Part shown: in pieces, positions 10,084 to 18,397 of the stretch
Layout of the letters: the number at the start of each line of letters is the position of its first letter
Position numbering within the stretch: the first letter of the stretch is position 1
IMG/VR virus record: IMGVR_UViG_3300028586_000770
Location: 1 to 44,098 of that record
DNA length: 44,098 nt
Source of the DNA: a virus
Lineage: Duplodnaviria; Caudoviricetes
Direction: 5' to 3' (one strand)
Program-made: the position numbers and the translations under genes
Notes under the pieces: model-generated
The model's input: the letters and a program-made list of their open reading frames with translations, nothing else
Database searches by the model: none
Told to the model about the DNA's origin: nothing

Positions 10084-10254
10084 ATGGAATGGATTAAATT
10101 TATATTGCGGGTGTCGTTGTTAGCTTTGGGGTTTTACTTATTTCGTACAGCAATACAAGACCCAGACAACATTGTTAAGGCCTTGTTTGGTGCTTTTTCT
10201 TTGCTCGCGCTTTGCATGTGGTCAGTAGGTGTATTCGATAATTCACAAAAATAA
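10084..10254 (+). CDS. Small two-TM membrane protein (56 aa)
   Basis: Own translation MEWIKFILRVSLLALGFYLFRTAIQDPDNIVKALFGAFSLLALCMWSVGVFDNSQK; below the ORF-track cutoff. Confidence 0.55.
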   Translation: MEWIKFILRVSLLALGFYLFRTAIQDPDNIVKALFGAFSLLALCMWSVGVFDNSQK

Positions 10255-10296
10255 ACACCTCTATAAATTAAAAATACCCCGGTATAATAGAGATAT

Positions 10297-10321
10297 AACC
10301 CGCCATTGAGCGGGTTTTTTT
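10297..10321 (+). terminator. Intrinsic terminator
   Basis: AACCCGC-CATTGA-GCGGGTT followed by a T run. Confidence 0.85.
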
Positions 10322-10346
10322 ATGCCCAATAGTGAGCAAAAATAGC

Positions 10347-10382
10347 TGTCCTATTTAAAGGCAGGCCATAGAAATAGGTTTG
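10347..10382 (+). promoter_or_regulatory. Phage-specific promoter of the head operon, TGTCCTA-N21-TAGGTTTG
   Basis: Motif 10347-10353, perfect -7 box 10375-10382. Confidence 0.8.
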
Positions 10383-10409
10383 TACCGTGCTTAAAACGCA
10401 ACTGTACAA

Positions 10410-11756
10410 ATGAGTATAAACAATCTGCATTCACTTCTTAACGGCCGATACTTCATACATGAAGCATACGGTACCGCCTTACTACCTTCTCTTTTTGCAA
10501 TGATGGATGGCAAAACAGCCACCATTACAGCAGCTGATAAAAAGCATCCTGAACCGGTGGCCATGGGCCGCGGTGGGATGCCACTTGCTGCCGGACCAAA
10601 AAGCGGCGGTGGTGCCAGTGAGTATGTATTGGTTTTAGATATAAAGGAGCCGATTTTTAAATACAGTCAGGATTGCGGGCCTCAGGGTACCAAGACAAAA
10701 ATGCGCATCCTGGACATGTATAAAAATGATGCTGCCTGCGCCGGCGTTGTGCTGGACATTGATAGTGGCGGCGGCCAGGTTAGCGGGACTCCTGAATTTT
10801 ATGATTACCTGATTAACTACGGCAAGCCCGTAGTGGCCTATACCGATGGGTACATGTGCAGCGCAGCTTACTACATAGGCAGCGCATCGCAGTACATAGT
10901 GGCCAATAAGCGTGCTGACCACATAGGCAGCATTGGCGCAATGGTACATTTTATAGATGTAACCGGCATGTATGAAGCCCAGGGCGCAAAGGTAATTACA
11001 GAGTATGCAACAAAATCGACGGCTAAGAACCGGGATTTTGAGAACCTGCTTAAAGGCGATTCTAAGGGGTACATAAAAAACCAGTTAGACCCTATTGTGG
11101 AAGATTTCCACGCCGATATGAAAACGGCACGCACTTCAATTAGCGAAGAAACCCTTACCGGCGGAACCTACAATGCCACTGACTCGCTAAAGCTTGGGCT
11201 TATTGATAAAATAGGCACGCTACAAACGGCTGTAGACAAAGTCTTCGAACTATCAGCCTCACAAAAAAGTAATCAAAACTCAAATAATATGTCAACACCG
11301 CGTGCAAACCTGCAGGCTGTTTTGGGCTTAACACAACCACTGGCAGAGACTGACGGCGGTAGTTACCTGAACGCCACGCAGCTTGAAGCCATTGAAACCG
11401 ATTTAACTACAAAAGATGGAACAATCGCCACACTTACAACCGAGGCTGCAACCGCTGCAACCGCAAAAGCAACTGCTGAAACAAACCTTGCAGAAGCTAA
11501 CACAGCCCACACCACCGCCATTACAGCCCACGAGGGAGCGGTAGACACAATTCTTACTGCTGCAGGCTTAACACCTACCGGTACACTTACCGACAAGATT
11601 GCTGCCCTGGGCACGCACCAGGCAGAACTTAACGCAAAGGACGGCGCTAAGGCTACCAACGTACAAACTGACGGAAAACCGGCGGCAGATGCAACGCCGG
11701 ACTACCTGGATGCCAACGCGGCCCACAATCAACTCTATAAATCATTTCTTAATTAA
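10410..11756 (+). CDS. S49 (SppA/ClpP-like) prohead protease with C-terminal scaffold
   Basis: LDIDSGGG, YMCSAAYYIGS, IGSIG motifs; Ala/Thr-rich coiled-coil C-terminus. Confidence 0.92.
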   Translation: MSINNLHSLLNGRYFIHEAYGTALLPSLFAMMDGKTATITAADKKHPEPVAMGRGGMPLAAGPKSGGGASEYVLVLDIKEPIFKYSQDCGPQGTKTKMRILDMYKNDAACAGVVLDIDSGGGQVSGTPEFYDYLINYGKPVVAYTDGYMCSAAYYIGSASQYIVANKRADHIGSIGAMVHFIDVTGMYEAQGAKVITEYATKSTAKNRDFENLLKGDSKGYIKNQLDPIVEDFHADMKTARTSISEETLTGGTYNATDSLKLGLIDKIGTLQTAVDKVFELSASQKSNQNSNNMSTPRANLQAVLGLTQPLAETDGGSYLNATQLEAIETDLTTKDGTIATLTTEAATAATAKATAETNLAEANTAHTTAITAHEGAVDTILTAAGLTPTGTLTDKIAALGTHQAELNAKDGAKATNVQTDGKPAADATPDYLDANAAHNQLYKSFLN

Positions 11757-11761
11757 TAATT

Positions 11762-12772
11762 ATGGCTGATATTTCAATTCAGGACATAGCCAAAGAAGTT
11801 GGCAAATACGTCGTTAATAACAAAAGTGTTATTGGCGCCGGTGTTTATTCTGACGTAGTACAGATAAACCAATACTGTAAAACGCTTACTGCCATTAATG
11901 GCCAGTACCCGCAGTTCCACAACATTATGAGCAGGGTAGTACAGGGGTTTGCACCTGTATGGCAGGCTCTGGGAACGGAATCGTTTAAAAGCAAAAAGCT
12001 GGAGAACTTTAGGCAAAAGGTCAACTTCCCTGTTGTACCGGCTCAAATTCTGCCTTCATGGCTTGCAGACCTTTACACGGAAGGTAAAACGCCTGACCAA
12101 ATGCCTATCTCTAAATTTATCATGGATGACCTTAACCTTAAGGTTATTGACGATATAGATGATTTAAGCCAGGACGGTGTTTATAACGCCGCTACAGCTG
12201 CAGGTAGTTATGGTACATCGCTAAACGGTATTACACAGCAGGTAACTAACGCACTTGCAAACGCCGTACACCCGGCGTTTAAAATTCCGCTTACGGCCAT
12301 CACAGCCGTAAATATTCTTGACCAGGTTAAAAAGTTTGAAAAAGGCCTGCCTAAGAAAACCCGTAAAAAGGTAAAACGCATCTTTATGAGCGACACCATG
12401 TTGCTTACTTATATTGATGCTTACCAACAGGCTTACGGTACTCACGTAAGCTTTAAAGACGGCGATACTATTAAGACACCGCTCATGAAAATTGAGATTG
12501 TAGGCCTTAACAATATCCCGGACACGCTAATTTTTGCAACGGTTAACGATAACATGGTGCGCCTTATCGATGTAATCGATAAACCATCTGTTACCGATAT
12601 CCAGGTGCAGGACTATACCGTTAAAATCTTTATGGAGTTTAGCCTTGGGTATGACTTCCTGATCAATGAACTGCTGTATGTAGCCGTATTTGACGGCAGC
12701 AACAGAGGTCTTAACAAAAATGATCTTAACGCGCTTTACTACGATAGCGAAAACTTAATTGCCGCCGCTTAA
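11762..12772 (+). CDS. Major capsid protein
   Basis: 336 aa directly after protease/scaffold; strongly biased codon use; HK97-like layout. Confidence 0.8.
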   Translation: MADISIQDIAKEVGKYVVNNKSVIGAGVYSDVVQINQYCKTLTAINGQYPQFHNIMSRVVQGFAPVWQALGTESFKSKKLENFRQKVNFPVVPAQILPSWLADLYTEGKTPDQMPISKFIMDDLNLKVIDDIDDLSQDGVYNAATAAGSYGTSLNGITQQVTNALANAVHPAFKIPLTAITAVNILDQVKKFEKGLPKKTRKKVKRIFMSDTMLLTYIDAYQQAYGTHVSFKDGDTIKTPLMKIEIVGLNNIPDTLIFATVNDNMVRLIDVIDKPSVTDIQVQDYTVKIFMEFSLGYDFLINELLYVAVFDGSNRGLNKNDLNALYYDSENLIAAA

Positions 12773-13362
12773 TGGGAGCTAACACTAAAAAAACCGAAGC
12801 TGCAGCACCTGCAGCTTCGGTTACTACTACACCTGTAGTAGAGGTACCGGCAACTGCCGAAACTGCTACAGCAGTAGCGGAGGAAACAATAGCCATTAAC
12901 TTTTACAACGAGGCTCTTGCTATTGCTGATGGGCAGGGAAAAAGAATAGTGTTACTGGAATCTGAGAACCTTAACCTTACTGAAGCAATTATAGGCCTTC
13001 AGGCTCATCTAAGAACAGCCGATGATAAAGTTGCAGAGCTTGAAGCGGAAAAAGTCAATGGAATGCAGAGCATTGCTGATTTGTTTGAAAAACTCAATCA
13101 AGCAGAAAGCACAGTTTGCAAACTGGCACATGAGATTGAATATCAAAAGAGAGGCAAACTGGTCTTAAAAAACGCCGAGGAATCTGCAGAACATAAAACG
13201 AGCTTCGACTACAACGGCCGCACTTACGGCTTTAAAGAAAACACACCGGCCACATTGTTTCACGATGACAGGCTTTACACCCAAGACGAACTATTAAACG
13301 ATGCCGAAGCCATGACTACCCTGATAGTAGGCGAAAACGGCTTTATTAAACAAATACACTAA
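12772..13362 (+). CDS. Hypothetical coiled-coil protein (possibly virion-associated)
   Basis: 196 aa coupled to the capsid gene; low-complexity N-terminus and heptad repeats. Confidence 0.6.
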   Translation: MGANTKKTEAAAPAASVTTTPVVEVPATAETATAVAEETIAINFYNEALAIADGQGKRIVLLESENLNLTEAIIGLQAHLRTADDKVAELEAEKVNGMQSIADLFEKLNQAESTVCKLAHEIEYQKRGKLVLKNAEESAEHKTSFDYNGRTYGFKENTPATLFHDDRLYTQDELLNDAEAMTTLIVGENGFIKQIH

Positions 13363-13913
13363 TGTGCACGATAAACACTGAAGACGTAGGTGGCGAGAGC
13401 TGCGAACCTGTAGGCGGTATTAATATTGATATCTATTACGCATTGCGATCTGACTTTGAAACGGTGGTAGACCCACCGGCATTTGGCGCAGTTGGTGCTT
13501 ATGCCACAAAAGCGGCCATTGCCACTGCCCATACTTTTAAAGACGGTAAAGGCTTTAATAAAATTACGGTGGCCAGTAAGACCGGTACCATAAAAAGCAC
13601 CATGGGTGGCGAAAGAAAGCGCAGGGTTTATGTTAATGAACTTGCCGGACAGATACAAGGCAGCGAGGCTGTAGTACTGGGCTTTATGCGTATGGTAAAA
13701 AATGCTGACTATATTGTTCTTGCCGAGGAGGCAGGTTCCGGCAGGCTAAGGCAGCTGGGCTCTAACAGATCGTTTGCCGAGTTTACCGCTTTAGAGCAAT
13801 CTATAGAAGCAGAAATGACCGGTAACAACGCCTGCAGCTTTACAATACAAGATACTCAACTTTGGCCATCGCCAATATATAGCGGTACTTTGGAAATGGC
13901 TCCGGAGGCATAA
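13362..13913 (+). CDS. Major tail (tube) protein
   Basis: 183 aa, beta-rich, N-terminal C..VGGI motif, last gene of the highly expressed structural operon. Confidence 0.65.
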   Translation: MCTINTEDVGGESCEPVGGINIDIYYALRSDFETVVDPPAFGAVGAYATKAAIATAHTFKDGKGFNKITVASKTGTIKSTMGGERKRRVYVNELAGQIQGSEAVVLGFMRMVKNADYIVLAEEAGSGRLRQLGSNRSFAEFTALEQSIEAEMTGNNACSFTIQDTQLWPSPIYSGTLEMAPEA

Positions 13914-13933
13914 TAACCTTTCAATATTTATAT

Positions 13934-13965
13934 AAAAGCCCCACAATGATGTGGGGCTTTTTTTT
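13934..13965. terminator. Bidirectional intrinsic terminator
   Basis: AAAAGCCCCACA-ATGA-TGTGGGGCTTTTTTTT between convergent genes. Confidence 0.88.
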
Positions 13966-14024
13966 CTATACAACTTAAAATACTGCCCGCATATCGGTAA
14001 GACGAAATAAGTCATATAATCTCA

Positions 14025-14429
14025 TTAACTTAAAGTCAACATGAAACCCTTGAGCTCGGTAAGAGCCGTTTTTTGAACTGTTAATGATTCCAGCATACTT
14101 TGAATATTAGGTTTTGTTAGCGTCTCTTTTGAAATTTTTTCGTAAAGTTCATTTGACAAGCATTTATTAAATTCTGACTTCATTAAGGTTAGATATTTTT
14201 CAAATGTCACGCCTTCAAATATTAAGTTGTTAGCTGCATCATTGTTTTGTATATGTGTGCTAATCAAATTTTGCACCTCAATGGAAAGAATTTGATTTGT
14301 TTTAAAGTTAACTAACAAATTGTTCTTCTCTTCAATAGGCTCAGGGATTACTGATGGGAAAGATTTTTTGAGAGTGATGTAAGCAATGTATAAACCTGCG
14401 ACTGCAATTATTAATCCAATGATTTCCAT
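14025..14429 (-). CDS. AT-rich moron, N-terminal TM protein
   Basis: 134 aa, MEIIGLIIAVAGLYIAYITL anchor, opposite strand to the structural operon, low GC. Confidence 0.75.
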   Translation of the reverse strand: MEIIGLIIAVAGLYIAYITLKKSFPSVIPEPIEEKNNLLVNFKTNQILSIEVQNLISTHIQNNDAANNLIFEGVTFEKYLTLMKSEFNKCLSNELYEKISKETLTKPNIQSMLESLTVQKTALTELKGFMLTLS

Positions 14430-14503
14430 TTATTTATTTTTTGTAAGATAAATATACTTATTATTTACAATATTCCCGCATTAATACACATGCTAAAAAG
14501 CCC

Positions 14504-14539
14504 TGTCCTACCACACCCGGCGCTTACTTTCCATTTTTG
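14504..14539 (+). promoter_or_regulatory. Phage-specific promoter TGTCCTA-N21-CATTTTTG
   Basis: Same motif and spacing; upstream of the DNA-modification operon. Confidence 0.72.
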
Positions 14540-14550
14540 CAGTATTAAAA

Positions 14551-14640
14551 ATGGAAGGTATGAAAGAACAAATAATTTTATTAGGTATTGTAGCCCTACT
14601 CTCAGTTATAGATTGCCTGTTCCCGGATGATACAATTTAG
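14551..14640 (+). CDS. 29-aa hydrophobic peptide
   Basis: Own translation MEGMKEQIILLGIVALLSVIDCLFPDDTI; first ORF after the promoter, ends 3 nt before the next gene. Confidence 0.4.
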   Translation: MEGMKEQIILLGIVALLSVIDCLFPDDTI

Positions 14641-14643
14641 ATC

Positions 14644-14991
14644 ATGCTAAATTACCCTGAACAGATAACGGCATTTATCACAGCCAACTTTACGCCCAGT
14701 GACCCGGACAGGGCAAACTTTAAGCGCACGACTGATGGCGTACTAACGTTTTTGTTTGCTACCTTTCCTGATGGCTGCATTAGCGATTATGACCTTAACG
14801 ATATTCTTTTGGAGTTGGGTTATGAGAGGCATACCTGGGTAAATGAGCATATTGAGGTTACTTACGTAGATGAGGCCGAAATCACTACTATCAACAAATC
14901 GCTCGTTAGTGGCTGGTGCCTGCAATCTGTTTTCAATTTAAACCCGGACATCTTTGAAGCACCGGTAGAAAGAAAACCTAAGAGGGGGTAA
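14644..14991 (+). CDS. Hypothetical protein (possible winged helix)
   Basis: 115 aa, DYDLNDILLELGY motif. Confidence 0.65.
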   Translation: MLNYPEQITAFITANFTPSDPDRANFKRTTDGVLTFLFATFPDGCISDYDLNDILLELGYERHTWVNEHIEVTYVDEAEITTINKSLVSGWCLQSVFNLNPDIFEAPVERKPKRG

Positions 14992-14995
14992 AAAA

Positions 14996-15124
14996 GCCCT
15001 CCGACATTTAAAAAAAACTTCTCACATCCTTTTTAAACTGACGCACCTAAGGCCGTCGGAGGGCAAAGCCTTCTGACGCCTTAGGTGCGTTGTCTATTTT
15101 AAGGATGTGAGAAGCGCAAATATA
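14996..15124. ncRNA. Structured leader / antisense RNA upstream of the methyltransferase
   Basis: Nested stems 15018-15031/15101-15114 and 15041-15053/15078-15090; 14996-15005 complementary to loop 15055-15064; minus-strand TATATTTG at 15117-15124. Confidence 0.7.
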
Positions 15125-15152
15125 GTGAGGATAATTTTTCAAACAAATACAA

Positions 15153-16238
15153 ATGAATTTTAATTACAGGTGGTCGTTAAAGGATGCAGTCTTTACAAAA
15201 AACAAAGGTAAGGTGTTTAGCTGTTTTGCATGCGGTGGCGGCTCTACCATGGGTTATAAGCTTGCCGGCTTTGATGTCATAGGCATTAATGAAATAGACC
15301 CGCGTATGGCCAAGCTTTATGTGGCCAACCATAACCCAAAACATTTATTTATTGAGGGTATACAAAGCTTTAAGCTTAGGGATGACCTGCCTGCAGAATT
15401 ATACAATTTAGATATACTGGACGGATCGCCACCCTGCAGCTCGTTTTCTATGTCCGGAAACCGGGAGTCTGACTGGGGCAAGGAAAAGAAGTTTACCGAG
15501 GGGCAGGCATCACAGGTTCTTGACACGCTCTTTTTCGATTTTATAGACCTGGCAGAAAAACTGCAGCCAAAAGTAGTGGTGGCAGAGAATGTGTCCGGCA
15601 TACTTAAAGGCAATGCCCGGGACTATGTACGTAAAATAATTGTAGCATTTGATAAAGCCGGCTACTTGGTAAAAGAGTTTGAACTTGACAGTTCACAAAT
15701 GGAAGTGCCACAGCGCCGGGAGCGTGTTTTCTTTATTGCCATACGCAAGGATTTAGCAGAGCTGCTACCTAAGCAACAGGGCCTGCTATTTTGCGACTTT
15801 CCTAAACTAAATATGAAGTTCGCCCGCCCGCCAATACCTTTTAGTGAGATCAGAACAAAGGGGTTGAATAATGCGCCCTGGGGAGAGCATGACCAGTGGG
15901 TATGGGATAGGCGAATATATGGCGACAGAAGTTATGTAAATGTATTTGAGCGCCTGCAAAATAAAAGAACAAATTTTAATAGCAGCTTTATCTATGAGCA
16001 TAAACCTATCCCTACTTTATCAAGTTCGGAAGGCTCTAAAATGGCACTGTTTGATGAACCCAGGCGAATGAACTCTACCGAAATGATCTACGCGCAGTCA
16101 TTCCCTGCAGACTACGATTTTGATAGTGACAAATGCAGTAAAATACAATATGTATTAGGAATGAGCGTGCCACCTGTAATGATGGCGCACATAGCGGCCA
16201 GGCTATATGAAGAATGGCAGCCAATTTTTAACCAATAA
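15153..16238 (+). CDS. DNA (cytosine-5)-methyltransferase
   Basis: FACGGG (motif I), GSPPCSSFS (IV), ENV (VI), QRRERVF (VIII), GMSVPP (X). Confidence 0.95.
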   Translation: MNFNYRWSLKDAVFTKNKGKVFSCFACGGGSTMGYKLAGFDVIGINEIDPRMAKLYVANHNPKHLFIEGIQSFKLRDDLPAELYNLDILDGSPPCSSFSMSGNRESDWGKEKKFTEGQASQVLDTLFFDFIDLAEKLQPKVVVAENVSGILKGNARDYVRKIIVAFDKAGYLVKEFELDSSQMEVPQRRERVFFIAIRKDLAELLPKQQGLLFCDFPKLNMKFARPPIPFSEIRTKGLNNAPWGEHDQWVWDRRIYGDRSYVNVFERLQNKRTNFNSSFIYEHKPIPTLSSSEGSKMALFDEPRRMNSTEMIYAQSFPADYDFDSDKCSKIQYVLGMSVPPVMMAHIAARLYEEWQPIFNQ

Positions 16239-16253
16239 GTAACCGTCAAAAAA

Positions 16254-16994
16254 ATGGAATTTAAAACCCTGACATTAGTAACAAAGAATTTAGGAGATTT
16301 GGAAATTAGGCTTGTGCCGAAATCATTAGCAAGAGAGTTGATCGTTAAAAATCACTATAGCAATAAGTGGAATAACGCTGGATTTGGTTTATATAATTTC
16401 GGATTTTTCCGTCCTGAAAGTGATATATGCTTAGGTGTGGCGGTGTACGGCTATACAATGCATCCAAAGTCGAGACTGTTTAAACACCCAAACCCAGCAG
16501 CAATTATGTTAGAGCTTAATCGCATGTGGATATCCGATGAATTAGGTAAAAATGCGGAAAGCTTGCTCATTGCACATTCACTTAAGCAGCTTGCAAAATT
16601 AGATAAAAACATCGTTGCTGTTCAATCATTCGCAGATGGCAGATTAGGCTGTGGAACGATTTATAAGGCTTCTAATTTTAAATACTATGGTAGCCATGAA
16701 ACCGTATTTGCACGAAATAAGAGAACCGGCGAGATTAATCATCATATGAATACTACAAGGATGGATAGTAAAAGCATCTATATACGTAACAATATAGCAT
16801 TTATGCTTGGTGATTTAGAATTTTTTAAAGTAGATACTTACAGGTATATATTTCCGCTGTGTAAACGCTTTGAGTCCAAGTTTAAACAGAAGCCATACCC
16901 TCCTTATAAAAAGGGTTCCATGCTTATAACAATGGATAGAAACAAAGCATTAATTAAGGAGAGATTATTAAAGTTTATTTCTGAATTAGTTTAA
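16254..16994 (+). CDS. mom: Mom-family adenine-modification protein
   Basis: KNHYS, GVAVYG, LELNRMW, NAES, SFADG..GTIYKASNF motifs of Mu Mom-like GNAT proteins. Confidence 0.85.
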   Translation: MEFKTLTLVTKNLGDLEIRLVPKSLARELIVKNHYSNKWNNAGFGLYNFGFFRPESDICLGVAVYGYTMHPKSRLFKHPNPAAIMLELNRMWISDELGKNAESLLIAHSLKQLAKLDKNIVAVQSFADGRLGCGTIYKASNFKYYGSHETVFARNKRTGEINHHMNTTRMDSKSIYIRNNIAFMLGDLEFFKVDTYRYIFPLCKRFESKFKQKPYPPYKKGSMLITMDRNKALIKERLLKFISELV

Positions 16995-16996
16995 TC

Positions 16997-17021
16997 AAAG
17001 CCCTCCCAGTGAGGGCTTTTT
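16997..17021 (+). terminator. Intrinsic terminator
   Basis: AAAGCCCTC-CCAGT-GAGGGCTTTTT. Confidence 0.85.
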
Positions 17022-17023
17022 GC

Positions 17024-17059
17024 TGTCCTATTATTAGGCAATGGCACTTTCCACTTTTG
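17024..17059 (+). promoter_or_regulatory. Phage-specific promoter of the terminase operon, TGTCCTA-N21-CACTTTTG
   Basis: Conserved spacing; ATG 4 nt after the -7 box. Confidence 0.78.
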
Positions 17060-17063
17060 CAAT

Positions 17064-17810
17064 ATGGAAAGTATCCAAAAATGGTTAGACACCGGTTGCA
17101 AATACCCTGAAGGCGTGGAGCTGTATGCTGCTATGCCCGGATGCATGCCGTTATTACTTAGGCGCCTGCAGGAAGGGCATGACCCCGTAAAGCATGAGAA
17201 ACTTAAATACGAGCTCCGCAAGATTTTAAAACAAAATATTGTGCCGGCACAACCGCAGCCGGTTGCAATACCAGCTGCAGTAACACCTGTAGTGGTAGTA
17301 GCCCATGCACCGGCAGAACCACCGGCACCGGATGCTAAGCAAAAATTACTGTTCCACCACCTTCCGCCAGAGCTGCGGCCGGTGCTACAGGAGGCAAACG
17401 CCCTTTTTGCCGAAAAGTGCTTACTCAAGACAACGCTTAATGACCTGGCTCCGGAAATGGAAAGTGAAGCCCTGGAGCTTTGCACCCGCATTTATGCTTT
17501 AACCCAAAAGAATGCCCGGTGCTGGCAAAAAATAGACTATTGGCAGGAGCATAGAAAGGTCCCGCCGCTTGAGGTACCCAAACATTCTGCCCTGGGCGGC
17601 GCTCAGCTGGCCAAGAAACAACAAAACCTTTTTAGCAGCATAAGCCGGCTTAAAAAACGCCTGGAACAAAACCGCCTGCAGTATGAAGCTGCAGAGCATG
17701 TAGCGGCGCGTGCCAGGCTATTGGCTGCCATAGCTAAAAAAGCAGGTAACCTAATAAAGCAGGAAGACGAACTGCTACACATTACCCAACTAATAGAGGC
17801 TAAGGCATGA
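17064..17810 (+). CDS. Helical phage protein preceding terminase
   Basis: 248 aa, ATGA-coupled to terS, coiled-coil C-terminus. Confidence 0.7.
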   Translation: MESIQKWLDTGCKYPEGVELYAAMPGCMPLLLRRLQEGHDPVKHEKLKYELRKILKQNIVPAQPQPVAIPAAVTPVVVVAHAPAEPPAPDAKQKLLFHHLPPELRPVLQEANALFAEKCLLKTTLNDLAPEMESEALELCTRIYALTQKNARCWQKIDYWQEHRKVPPLEVPKHSALGGAQLAKKQQNLFSSISRLKKRLEQNRLQYEAAEHVAARARLLAAIAKKAGNLIKQEDELLHITQLIEAKA

Positions 17811-18397
17811 GTAAAACAAGGGCCATGACGGTCATAAACCGTGATGATAATACATTTCAGCATATACTGGCGCACCACAGCAATCCGGACGCATTTCCGC
17901 TGAATGATAAGCAGCAGGAAATACTGATCCGGTGGCGTGCAATTTTCGCCATGCAGCTGCGTGGCCACAACCGCATGTACATTATCAAAATACTGGAAAA
18001 GGATGGTCTCTCTACGTCACAGGCATACGCAGACTTTAAAAATGTGGAGTCACTTTTTGGCAATGTTCTTAAGGCAGATAAGGAATACCAACGCGTGCTT
18101 TGGCTTGCGCGTGCGGAGGAAGATTATTTAAGGGCTAAGCAAAAGGGCAAGGATGAGCTTGCCGCTAAAATACATGCAGACATAGCCAAATATAACGGCC
18201 TCGATAAAAATGAGGACCAGGCAAACTTCAACGCTGAAAAACTCGAGAACAATACTATTGAGCTTGCTTTTGGTAAAGAGACAATGGATTTAATGAAAAA
18301 CTTTACTACCAAGGGCAAAAGCAATGTTGTGAACTTCAACAGCTTTAACGTAGTGGATATTAGCCACGAAGATTTACCGGCCGATGAACAAGATTAA
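17807..18397 (+). CDS. terS: Terminase small subunit (putative)
   Basis: 196 aa, HTH-like GLSTSQAYADFK, overlaps the terL start. Confidence 0.65.
   Translation: MSKTRAMTVINRDDNTFQHILAHHSNPDAFPLNDKQQEILIRWRAIFAMQLRGHNRMYIIKILEKDGLSTSQAYADFKNVESLFGNVLKADKEYQRVLWLARAEEDYLRAKQKGKDELAAKIHADIAKYNGLDKNEDQANFNAEKLENNTIELAFGKETMDLMKNFTTKGKSNVVNFNSFNVVDISHEDLPADEQD

Noticed and set aside
16991-17491. Long antisense ORFs in the track (e.g. 16991-17491, 20664-21245, 9038-9526, 19436-19885, 26749-27159)
   Set aside because: Shadow frames opposite well-supported genes, with no motifs or expression signals
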